Source: Planctomycetota bacterium | Lineage (GTDB): Bacteria; Planctomycetota; UBA1135; UBA2386 | DNA length: 64,000 nucleotides | Assembly (NCBI GenBank): GCA_965228735.1 | Contig: OZ245838.1 | Location: forward strand, 3,520,001-3,584,000 | Direction of reading: 5' to 3' | Shown here: positions 1 to 8,061 of the stretch, one piece after another | Layout: every line of letters starts with the position of its first letter | Position numbering within the stretch: the stretch's first letter is position 1 | Made by a program: the position numbers and the translations under genes | Notes under the pieces: model-generated | Told to the model about the DNA's origin: nothing | Seen by the model: the letters and a program-made list of their open reading frames with translations, nothing else | Databases searched by the model: none

Positions 1-2
1 CC

Positions 3-866
3 GAGAACAAGAGCACGGTCGACATCACCGCGAGCTTCAACGTCACGGCGGTGGCTGACGACGGCAAGACGACGGTCGACGTCAAGATCGAACGCGTGCG
101 CGGCTCGTTCGGCGTGCCCAACATGGGCGAGTTCCCGTTCGACTCCCTCGACGGCGATCAGGGCGACAAGGGTGGCGACGACGGCGGCTTCGGCGGCTTC
201 GGCATGCCCGACTTCGGCGCCGTCGGCAAGGCGGCGGCGTCGATGGCCGGCACGGCGTTCGCCGCGGTGCTCGATCGAAAGGGCAAGGTGACCGCGGTCA
301 CGGGCCTCGAGGAGGCGCTGAAGAAGGCCGAGGAGGAAGCGGGCCAGATGGGCCGCCAGATGCTGTCGGGCACGTTCAGCAAGACCGCGATCAGCAACTT
401 CGTGGAGTCGGCGTTCGGCACCCGGCCGCAGCAGGCGACGCCGGTCGGGGGCACGTGGAAGCCGGAAGCGGACGACGACGACGGCCCCCAGACGAAGATG
501 ACGCTCAAGCTCGCCCGCGTCACGGACAAGGCGTTCGAGGTCACGGGCGAGGGCACGGTCGAGAAGCCGAAGCTCGACGGCGGTGACGAGGGCGACGACA
601 GCCCCGAGGCGGCGATGCAGCGCGAGCTCATGAAGAGCATGGAGATCAAGAACGGCAAGGTGTCGTTCCGCAGTCTCGTGTCGCGCGAGGACGGCTTCCT
701 GGTCGAATCGACCCGCAACCTGTCGATGGACATGACGATGGAGAGCCCGATGGGCGCCATCGAGATGACCAACTCGACGACGGTCACGACGAAGCGGACC
801 AGCCAGGGCGCCGCGATGGCGAAGAAGCCCGCGGGCGATCCGGCCAAGCAGGGCGGCGACAAGTAG
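3..866 (+). CDS. Hypothetical protein, 5'-truncated by the window; DUF6263-like beta-rich exported protein
   Basis: Frame is open from position 3 (ENKSTVDITASFNVTAV...) into ORF 51..866, with strong GC3 codon bias. Segments GKVTAVTGLEE, PVGGTW and DGFLVES resemble DUF6263-type proteins. Confidence 0.5.
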   Translation, partial: ENKSTVDITASFNVTAVADDGKTTVDVKIERVRGSFGVPNMGEFPFDSLDGDQGDKGGDDGGFGGFGMPDFGAVGKAAASMAGTAFAAVLDRKGKVTAVTGLEEALKKAEEEAGQMGRQMLSGTFSKTAISNFVESAFGTRPQQATPVGGTWKPEADDDDGPQTKMTLKLARVTDKAFEVTGEGTVEKPKLDGGDEGDDSPEAAMQRELMKSMEIKNGKVSFRSLVSREDGFLVESTRNLSMDMTMESPMGAIEMTNSTTVTTKRTSQGAAMAKKPAGDPAKQGGDK

Positions 867-962
867 GCCGCGGCCAACCCCGCGCCCGATCTGCCCGGGG
901 AAGAAGCCGGGCGCGCGGATTCGCGCTGGACTTCGCGGGTGGCGAAGGGCGATACCAGCGAC

Positions 963-1976
963 ATGCCAGATCCCGCCAAGCTGCAGGTCGCCGAGTTCCT
1001 CGGCGACGGCATCTCCGCTGAGCTGTCCGCGGCCGTCCACCAGATTGCCGAGACCCTGCCGGTCGGCATCGAGTTCGAGCCGATCGATCTGTCGCTCGAG
1101 CGGCGCGAGGCGGAGCCGAAGGCCGCGTTCGACGACGCGATGCGCGCGATCCGGGCGCACGGCGTCGCGATCAAGTATCCCACCGTGACGGCCAAGGAGA
1201 GCCCCAACAAGGTCCTCCGCGAGCGCTGCAGCTTCGCCGTGATCCACCGCCCCGTGGCGACGATGGCCGGCGTGCAGACGCGGCATCAGGGCGCCGTCGA
1301 CATGCACATCATCCGGGTCGCGGTCGGCGGCACCTACGAGGACGCCGGCCGCCGCATCGGCGACGACGTCGCGGTGTCGATCCGCGTCATCGAACGCAAG
1401 CCGTCGCAGCAGGCCGCGCAGTTCGCGTTCCGCCTCGCGAAACGCCTCGGCTGCGGCGTGACGAGCACGAGCAAGTACACGATCCAGCGCGAGACCGACG
1501 GCCTGTTCGAGGAGATCGCCCGCGGCGTCGCGCGCGACTTCCCGGACGTGCCCCACGGCAGCGAGCTCTTCGACGCGTTGCTCTACAAGGCCGTGCTGCG
1601 ACCCGAGGACTATCGCGTCGTCGTCACGCCCAACGAGTACGGCGACTTCCTGTCGGACATGGCGTGCGGCATGGTCGGCAGCCTCGGGCTGGGCGCGAGC
1701 GCGAGCTACTCGTTCCGCGAGAACGGCGACGTCGACCTCGCGATGTTCGACCCCGCGGGCGGCACGGCGCCCGACATCGCCGGGCAGGGCGTCTGCAACC
1801 CGTCCGCGGCGCTGTTCGCGCTCAGCATGCTCCTGATCCATCGCGACCAAGTCGAACTCGGCGAACGGCTCGATCGGGCGATCCGGGGCGCGATCGCGGA
1901 TGGGGAATCGACGCGGGACCTGGGTGGCGCGCTCGGCACCGAGCAATTCACCGCCGCCGTCCAATCCCGGATCTGA
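963..1976 (+). CDS. Isocitrate/isopropylmalate dehydrogenase family (beta-decarboxylating dehydrogenase), divergent
   Basis: Motifs GDGISAE, N..LR, RP, PNEYGDFLSD, GTAPDIAGQGVCNP and TRDLGG..GT. ATG at 963 chosen as start. Confidence 0.9.
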   Translation: MPDPAKLQVAEFLGDGISAELSAAVHQIAETLPVGIEFEPIDLSLERREAEPKAAFDDAMRAIRAHGVAIKYPTVTAKESPNKVLRERCSFAVIHRPVATMAGVQTRHQGAVDMHIIRVAVGGTYEDAGRRIGDDVAVSIRVIERKPSQQAAQFAFRLAKRLGCGVTSTSKYTIQRETDGLFEEIARGVARDFPDVPHGSELFDALLYKAVLRPEDYRVVVTPNEYGDFLSDMACGMVGSLGLGASASYSFRENGDVDLAMFDPAGGTAPDIAGQGVCNPSAALFALSMLLIHRDQVELGERLDRAIRGAIADGESTRDLGGALGTEQFTAAVQSRI

Positions 1977-2162
1977 TGTCTTGCGTGTGGCCGATCGCGC
2001 GTAACCCGTTTTGTGGGGCCGCGATCGGGTGCGCCGGTCGGCCAGCGCCGGTCGTCCGACGAACCGCGCCGCGACCACGACCCCTCGCGCCTACCGCCGG
2101 TGCGCGCGCCCGCCCAAACCGGCGGATCCACCCGGCCGACGGATCCACACCGTTGATATCAG

Positions 2163-2657
2163 TCAGACGCGGGGCCGGAAGAGGCGGTCGACGTGCACGC
2201 TGCCCTTGTGCTTGTCCGCCACCTTCCGCGCCAGCCGCATCGCCTCGGGAACCGGCACCATCACGGCGCCCTCGGGCACGGGCAGCCAGACCGCCTGCTC
2301 GTCGGCATCCGCGATCAGCCGGTCGAACTCGGCCGTGGAGTCGACGGCGGCCAGCCGTTCGAGGAGCTTCATGTCGACGAGCGCCGACCCCGGCGGCGCG
2401 TACTGGCGCGTGCGGCCGAGCAGATCATCCGTGCTGACCTGGAACAGGTCCGCGAGTGCCACGAGGTCTTCACCGGTCGGGAACCGGCTGCCGCTCTCCC
2501 AGCGGGAGACGGCGGACTCGTGACACCCAAGTCGCTTCGCGACGTAGTCCTGGGTGAAACCTCGACGGGCGCGCAGCTCACGCAACCGAACGGACAGATG
2601 CGTAGCGAGCGGCCGAGGCGTGGATTCGGGAATCTCTGTCACTGTGGAGGTGGCCAA
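2163..2657 (-). CDS. XRE-family helix-turn-helix transcriptional regulator with an unknown C-terminal domain
   Basis: RLRELRARRGFTQDYVAKRLGCHESAVSRWESGSRFP...LADLFQVSTDDLLG is a canonical HTH_3 signature. Start codon uncertain (TTG). Confidence 0.88.
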   Translation of the reverse strand: MATSTVTEIPESTPRPLATHLSVRLRELRARRGFTQDYVAKRLGCHESAVSRWESGSRFPTGEDLVALADLFQVSTDDLLGRTRQYAPPGSALVDMKLLERLAAVDSTAEFDRLIADADEQAVWLPVPEGAVMVPVPEAMRLARKVADKHKGSVHVDRLFRPRV

Positions 2658-2749
2658 GGTGATGGCACTACGCAGCCATTGTGACCAAGGGTTCGCCCGA
2701 ACGGAAGGTCATGGAGGCAGTGCAGTTGGCTGCGTCGAGCAGTGTAACC
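2658..2749. other. Predicted long nested RNA hairpin in the divergent intergenic region
   Basis: Nested complementary pairs: ACGCAGCCA(2670-78)/TGGCTGCGT(2727-35), TGACC(2682-86)/GGTCA(2707-11), GTTC(2691-94)/GAAC(2699-2702) and GCACT(2665-69)/AGTGT(2741-45). Confidence 0.35.
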
Positions 2750-2782
2750 GAACGGCACGTTTGTAGTGCTTGGATCAGAAAA

Positions 2783-2799
2783 CTTGACTTATTGGCAAG
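2783..2799. promoter_or_regulatory. Imperfect palindrome CTTG-N9-CAAG overlapping a TTGACT -35-like hexamer; candidate operator
   Basis: cttgacttattggcaag in an AT-rich patch between the divergent XRE and sigma-like genes. Confidence 0.3.
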
Positions 2800-2876
2800 C
2801 ATGAGTGACGCTCGTCGATCCACTTTTCTGCCGGCTCCGCGCCGGCATCGAAACCCGTCCGCGACGAACGAAACCC

Positions 2877-3398
2877 ATGCACGATCCGCACCACCTGCTG
2901 CCGGTCGCCTACCGCGCCGCCTCAACCGTTGCGCGCAGCCGTATCCTCGCTGAGGAAGCCGGCGAACGCGCGATTCACCTGCTCACGCTCGCAGTGCTCG
3001 AGGGCTGCCCGCCAGAGCACCCGGAGGCCTGGCTGCGCACCGTCGCCCGCCGGTCCGCATGCGCTCTGTTGGGCTCCGACTGGGCCCGCACGCGGTCGAT
3101 CGCACACGACGATCTGACGGACTGGCAATCGGCGTTTCAGCCACCGCCCAGCCCGCGGCACGAGTTCGTCCGAGAAGGCATCGCACCGCTGCTCACCGGG
3201 CGGCAGCGGGAGGCATTGGCAGCCGCGCTGTCGGCCAACACGACTCGGGGTGGCGCGCGCGCGTGCAACATGCCCCCGCGCGACTTCCGGCGCTACCTCG
3301 CGGTGATCTCCCGCAAGGCCAAGGCAGCACTGGCCGAGGCCGAGCTCGAGGACCGGTTTGCTGACGACCCCAACGTGCAGTTCCAGCTCGGTGGGTAG
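2877..3398 (+). CDS. Degenerate ECF sigma-70-like protein
   Basis: AYRAA...LAEE...PEAWLRTVARR resembles sigma region 2. LTGRQREAL plus a C-terminal helix pair resembles region 4. ATG at 2877. Confidence 0.5.
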   Translation: MHDPHHLLPVAYRAASTVARSRILAEEAGERAIHLLTLAVLEGCPPEHPEAWLRTVARRSACALLGSDWARTRSIAHDDLTDWQSAFQPPPSPRHEFVREGIAPLLTGRQREALAAALSANTTRGGARACNMPPRDFRRYLAVISRKAKAALAEAELEDRFADDPNVQFQLGG

Positions 3399-3489
3399 GC
3401 GCGCGGACGGTGTCCCGCGTCCGTCCCAGCGGCCCGAACCCTGGCCCGTAACCCTGGCAACGGCGACGCCGAGACGGGATCCTCTGCGC

Positions 3490-4275
3490 ATGCGCATCGT
3501 TTCGTTCTTCGCCGCCGCCTCGTTCCTGACCGCTGTGTCCGCGCCGCTCGCGGCGCAGGATTCGCAGCAGAGCCCGGGCTACACCGACACTCCGAAGCTG
3601 CCGAGCGGCTGGCGCGTGCACGACAGCGCGCGCCCGCACCCGCCGATCGTCGATCCCGGTCCGGCGCCGAAGGATCCGCTGCCCGTGCCCGCGGACGCGA
3701 CGGTGCTGTTCGGCGGCGACAACCTCGACGCGTGGCAGAGCGGCAAGGGCCCGGCGAAGTGGAAGGTCGAGAACGGCTACATGGAAGTGCGCGGCGGCGG
3801 CATCCGCACGAAGCAAGCGTTCGGGGACTGCCAGCTGCACGTCGAATGGGCCGCGCCGGCCGAGGTGAAGGGCGACTCGCAAGGCCGCGGCAACAGCGGC
3901 GTGTTCTTCCTCGGTCGCTACGAGATCCAGGTGCTCGATTCGTACGACAACGTCACCTACGCCGACGGGCAGGCGGCGGCGATGTACGGGCAGTTCCCAC
4001 CGCTCGTCAACGCGTGCCGCAAGCCCGGCGAGTGGCAGACCTACGACATCGTGTTCCGCGCGCCGCGCTTCACCGATGACGGCAAGCTCGAGAAGCCGGC
4101 GCGCGTGACCGTGATCCACAACGGCATCGTCGTGCACGACGCGCGCGAGTTCCTCGGCCCGACGGCGCACAAGAACCTGCCGAAGTATCGTCCGCACCCG
4201 ACGAAGGGACCGATCCAGCTGCAGGACCACGGCAACCCGATCCGCTTCCGCAACATCTGGATCCGCGAGCTGTAG
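3490..4275 (+). CDS. DUF1080 / 3-keto-disaccharide hydrolase domain protein, secreted
   Basis: Signal peptide MRIVSFFAAASFLTAVSAPLAAQ; motifs LFGG..L..W, FGDCQLHVEW, GNSGVF, YEIQVLDS, GEWQTYDI and LQDHG..IRFRNIWIREL. Confidence 0.92.
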   Translation: MRIVSFFAAASFLTAVSAPLAAQDSQQSPGYTDTPKLPSGWRVHDSARPHPPIVDPGPAPKDPLPVPADATVLFGGDNLDAWQSGKGPAKWKVENGYMEVRGGGIRTKQAFGDCQLHVEWAAPAEVKGDSQGRGNSGVFFLGRYEIQVLDSYDNVTYADGQAAAMYGQFPPLVNACRKPGEWQTYDIVFRAPRFTDDGKLEKPARVTVIHNGIVVHDAREFLGPTAHKNLPKYRPHPTKGPIQLQDHGNPIRFRNIWIREL

Positions 4276-4302
4276 CTCAGGAGGCCGGAGCGCCGGTACG
4301 CG

Positions 4303-4345
4303 AAACGGCTCCGACCATGGCAACTCGCCACGGTCGGAGCCGTTT
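4303..4345. terminator. Bidirectional intrinsic terminator-like hairpin between convergent genes
   Basis: AAACGGCTCCGACC(4303-16)-ATGGC-AACTC-GCCAC-GGTCGGAGCCGTTT(4332-45): perfect 14-bp inverted repeat, extendable to 19 bp with one G-U pair on the minus strand. Confidence 0.75.
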
Positions 4346-4368
4346 GCAATAGCAGCAGGCGCGCCGCC

Positions 4369-6168
4369 TCAGCGGCTGCCCGCGTACTTCCCGAGCACGG
4401 TGTAGTCGTGCTTGATGCCGGCCGTGTCCTCGTCGGTCAGCTGCGTCTCCGTCGTCGTGTTCCAGACGAACAGGTCGGCGTTGGTGTTGGTGCCGACCGG
4501 GCGCGTGAACAGGATCGTGCCGTTCGCGGTCGCGGCCTGGTAGGTGTCGGCGCCGGTTGCCGTGGTCACGACGACGATCGACGAGGCCGAGTCGTCCCAC
4601 ATCGCGAGGTTCTGGCTCGCGCCCGTGCCGGCCGTCGAGACCCAGTCGCCGGTGTCGACGCCAGCACCCTGGAACGCGAGGCCGGTGCCGACGACCTGCG
4701 TCTGCCACGCGCCGGCGGAGACGTCGAAGTGGTTGATCGCGGTGTTGTCGGTGCGCTGCGCGACGATGTCGCCGTTGTCGACGACGCCGACCGTCGTGCT
4801 GACGGTGCCGCCGGGCGACCACGACGCGGTGGCCGGCGAGCTCACGAGCGAGTAGGCGTCGAGCTGGCTCGTCGTGCTGCTGCCCTGCACGAACACCCAC
4901 GCCGGCGAGCTGCCGGAGACCGCGACGACCGTGAGGACGTCCGCCGTGTCGACGACCTGCGTGTTGGCCGACGTCGCGACGTCGTAGAAGTAGACGTCGT
5001 GGTCGGTGCCGCTGACGACGCGGTGGTAGACCACCTCGTTGCCATCGCCCATTGCGTCGAACACGTTGTCCGTGCCGGTCGCGATCGCGTCGGCCTGGCC
5101 GTCGGCCGGATCCCACACGTAGAGCTCGCGGTTGCTGCCGTTGGTCGCCGTGAAGACGACCTGGCTGCCCGTGCCGAAGGCGTTGTAGGCCTTGTTGAGC
5201 GTCGCGAGCGCGGAGACGTTCGCGCCGATCTCGACCGTGCCCGTGCCGACCTTGAAGTAGAACAGGTCGGTCTCGCCGCCGGCCCCGACGCGCGAGAACA
5301 CGACGCCGCCGTTCGGCAGCACCGCGAGCAGCTGCTCGTCCGTCGCGGCCGTGCCGACCGCGAACGAATCGTCCTCGCTCGGGTCGTAGTAGTAGATGTC
5401 CGACTGGTTGCTCTCGCCCGTCTCGTAGAAGACGAGGTCGCTGCCGTTCACGAGCACGTCGGTCGTGCTCAGGCCGCCATCGTCGATCTCGCGCGAGAAG
5501 TCGTTGGTCGGGTTGTAGTAGAACAGCGTGACATCGGGCGAACTGCCGGTCGAGTAGATGACGCGGCTGTCCGAGGTCTTCGCGAGGTAGGTGACGTTGC
5601 TCGCGTTCTCCGCGATGCGCGTCCGCGTGCGGCTCATCGGATCGAAGAGCCAGAGCTGGGTGCTGTTCACCGTGTAGACCATGCGGCCATCGGCGAGACC
5701 CGTCGCGAAGGCCGGCGCATTCGTCGACGACAGCACGCGCACCTGCCCGTTGGTCGCCGAATCGAGCAGCAGCAGGCCATCGGTGTCCTCGCGAACGACG
5801 ACGAAGTTCGAACTCGTCACCTTCACGGTGAACGAGCCCGTCGACGTCTTGGCGCCATCGGACACCGAGAAGTTGACGGTGTACTCGCCCATCGCGTCGA
5901 ACGTGTGGCTGTAGTCGTCACCGGTGAACGAGCCGCCGCCGGACACGACCGAGTAGGTCAGCGTGTTGGCGCCGCCCGAGTCGGTCACGTAGGCGCCGAG
6001 ATCGAGCGTGAACGCCGAACCGCCGGTGGTGGACTGCGCGGGCACCGCCGAGATGCGGGGCGAAGCGTTGCTCACGCTCCCGCCGTTGCGACACGCGGTC
6101 GAAAGCAGCGCGATCGAAGCGATGGTCGCGAGGGCCAGAGCGGCCGGACGATGCTGTGAAAGGACCAT
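4369..6168 (-). CDS. Lipoprotein with an N-terminal cadherin/Ig-like domain and beta-propeller-like repeats
   Basis: Lipobox LLSTAC; NASP...FTLDL...LTYSV...VSDG...FTVKV (cadherin-like); recurring motifs DIYYYD, DLFYFK, ELYVWD, DVYFYD and DLFVWN; Thr/Ser/Gly-rich. Confidence 0.7.
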   Translation of the reverse strand: MVLSQHRPAALALATIASIALLSTACRNGGSVSNASPRISAVPAQSTTGGSAFTLDLGAYVTDSGGANTLTYSVVSGGGSFTGDDYSHTFDAMGEYTVNFSVSDGAKTSTGSFTVKVTSSNFVVVREDTDGLLLLDSATNGQVRVLSSTNAPAFATGLADGRMVYTVNSTQLWLFDPMSRTRTRIAENASNVTYLAKTSDSRVIYSTGSSPDVTLFYYNPTNDFSREIDDGGLSTTDVLVNGSDLVFYETGESNQSDIYYYDPSEDDSFAVGTAATDEQLLAVLPNGGVVFSRVGAGGETDLFYFKVGTGTVEIGANVSALATLNKAYNAFGTGSQVVFTATNGSNRELYVWDPADGQADAIATGTDNVFDAMGDGNEVVYHRVVSGTDHDVYFYDVATSANTQVVDTADVLTVVAVSGSSPAWVFVQGSSTTSQLDAYSLVSSPATASWSPGGTVSTTVGVVDNGDIVAQRTDNTAINHFDVSAGAWQTQVVGTGLAFQGAGVDTGDWVSTAGTGASQNLAMWDDSASSIVVVTTATGADTYQAATANGTILFTRPVGTNTNADLFVWNTTTETQLTDEDTAGIKHDYTVLGKYAGSR

Positions 6169-6354
6169 GAGGTGCGTTTCTCCGAAGTTTGGAATGCTGA
6201 ATGACTGCGCGATCGGGCAGCTGGCGTGGCGCAGCCCTTCGACCTTCGGTCATCGGTCCCCCTCGGGGCAGTGACTGAGGCCGGCTCGGAGCGCTCGGTG
6301 GCACGGGGCGATCCAGGCACCGCCGCCGGTCGACCTCGCGGTGGCGCTACGGTG

Positions 6355-7053
6355 TCACCGAGCCGCGGGCAGCTCGACGCGGCCGCGTCGCAGCCACCGC
6401 CGCACGCGCAGCAGCTCCGCGTGATCCGGCCGGTGCACGTGGATCGGCAGGCGCACGACCTCGGGATCGTCGCGTCGGAACGGCGGCGACGGGTCCGCCG
6501 CGGCGAGATCAGTGAACACCCGCACGGGCACGGACACGAAGATCCGCTCAGGCGCGCCGAGATCGTTCCAGTACTCCGTCAACCGCGCGTTCGTCTCGCT
6601 GAGCAGGCTGCGCCAGTTCTGCAGCCGCAGCCGCGAGCCGTATCGCGACTTGCCCCTGGTCTTCAGATGCGTCGGCTGCGCCCGTCCCTTGCCGCGCACG
6701 ACGTACTTGCGGATCGCCTTGTGACGCAGCAGCTCGTCCCCGTCCCAGTAGCCGATCGCGACGCCGGCGGCGCGCACGAGCACGATGGCGTGGCGCGAGA
6801 CCGCGAGGACCGGGTCGCCACCGGGCAGCGCAGCGAGCCGGCGACGATACTGCGTGAGGGTCTCGCCGGCCGCGACCGGCGGTCCCAGCAGTGGAGGCAC
6901 GAGTCGGGCGCCTTCGCCGCTGCTGCCCGTCGCCTCGCCGAAGAACGTCGACCGATCGTCGGCGACGGCGGTCGGCCAGCGCTCGCCGAACGCTTCGAGC
7001 TGTTCGTCGAGGTCCGCGAGGTCGAACTCGATGCGGCGCGGCCCGGACTCCAT
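6355..7053 (-). CDS. Bacterial VLRF1 (Vms1/ANKZF1-like release factor, bVLRF1-type)
   Basis: HKAIRKYVVRGKGRAQPTHLKTRGKSRYGSRLRL...ERIF...PF..DDP...LP..VHRP matches the VLRF1 catalytic loop (Y.VR...Q...K.GS..R). ATG at 7053 (MESGPRR). Confidence 0.75.
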   Translation of the reverse strand: MESGPRRIEFDLADLDEQLEAFGERWPTAVADDRSTFFGEATGSSGEGARLVPPLLGPPVAAGETLTQYRRRLAALPGGDPVLAVSRHAIVLVRAAGVAIGYWDGDELLRHKAIRKYVVRGKGRAQPTHLKTRGKSRYGSRLRLQNWRSLLSETNARLTEYWNDLGAPERIFVSVPVRVFTDLAAADPSPPFRRDDPEVVRLPIHVHRPDHAELLRVRRWLRRGRVELPAAR

Positions 7054-7070
7054 CGCGATCGGATCCGCGC

Positions 7071-8015
7071 TCAGCGCACGATCGCGCGGTCCTTGCCGGC
7101 AGCGTGCAACGGCAACGCGTCGTCGCCGGTGAGTCGGAGCCGTTCGTTGATCGCATGCAGGTGATGGTCGAGGCCGATCTCCGCGCCCGGCACGAAGCCC
7201 GGCACCGTGATGACCTGCGCGAGCACGCCGCCGAGTCCGCGATGCGCGGTGCCGCGCGGCAGGTAGACGAGGTCGCCGACCCGAAGCTCGGTCGACTGCA
7301 GCAGCCCGTCGACTTCGCCGCGCGTCACCGAGTCGGGCTCGACGATGCGCGCGGTCTGGCTGCTCGTCAGGATGCGCGCGCCGGGCCGGACCGCCTGCAC
7401 GAGGTAGAACTCGTCGAAGCCGCCCTCGAGCGGATGATAGTGCGTGAACGAATCGTCGATCCGCACGCGGTGGACGTTGAGGCCGTCGAACGTGTACGGG
7501 CCGTTCTTGTCGAGCCAGGTGAGCAGCACGCGGCGGTAGGCGCCCTCGTCCGTCGCGCAACCGCCCGGCGTGTCGGTGATCTGCGGATCCCAGTCGGGCC
7601 GGATCACGCGCGGCACGCTCGCGGCCGGCGGCTCGGGCAGGCGGAACTCGAGCAGCCCAACGGTCGCGTCGAACGCCATGGACTCGAGCGGACCGAGCCA
7701 CAGCACGTCGCCGACGGTGACATCACTCGTGCGTTCGTCGCCGTAGCGCACGATCGCTGCCCCGGCCTGCACGAGCAACACGCGCGCTCGCGGCAACGGC
7801 GCCAGTCGGGTCGTCCGGCGATAGGACAACGCGTGGCCGGGATTGCGGCGCTCGAACTCGTGCTGGATCGCCCGGAACTCCGACGTCGTCGGGTCGCTGA
7901 CGTTGGCCCGCACTGCACCGTTCCTTCCCGTCTCCGAGGCAGTCTCCGGCGACGCCGCGCACGCACCCAGCATCGCCGCGGCGCCGAGAATCGTCGTGAG
8001 CATCGCGGTTCGCAC
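7071..8015 (-). CDS. Bicupin-fold putative lipoprotein
   Basis: Lipobox-like MLGAC; cupin motifs THYHP...DEFY and GDLVYLPRGTAHRG; first degenerate cupin GDVLWL. Start is GTG 8015 or ATG 8003. Confidence 0.7.
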   Translation of the reverse strand: MRTAMLTTILGAAAMLGACAASPETASETGRNGAVRANVSDPTTSEFRAIQHEFERRNPGHALSYRRTTRLAPLPRARVLLVQAGAAIVRYGDERTSDVTVGDVLWLGPLESMAFDATVGLLEFRLPEPPAASVPRVIRPDWDPQITDTPGGCATDEGAYRRVLLTWLDKNGPYTFDGLNVHRVRIDDSFTHYHPLEGGFDEFYLVQAVRPGARILTSSQTARIVEPDSVTRGEVDGLLQSTELRVGDLVYLPRGTAHRGLGGVLAQVITVPGFVPGAEIGLDHHLHAINERLRLTGDDALPLHAAGKDRAIVR

Positions 8016-8061
8016 GGCCCCAGAATAGCCAACGGCGAAACGAGAGCTATCATCCGGCGCC

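Noticed and set aside
2658..2749. SRP RNA or 6S RNA identity for the intergenic hairpin
   Set aside because: No GNRA-capped SRP domain IV (CAGG...AGCAG), and too short and lacking a clear central bubble for 6S.
6170..6350. Possible cobalamin or c-di-GMP riboswitch upstream of the surface lipoprotein
   Set aside because: Only short hairpins and a partial CACTG...GAAGG; the conserved aptamer motifs are missing.
6355..7701. 448-aa version of the VLRF1 ORF
   Set aside because: The N-terminal 216 aa are Arg-rich off-frame overlap with the cupin gene; the real start is likely 7053.
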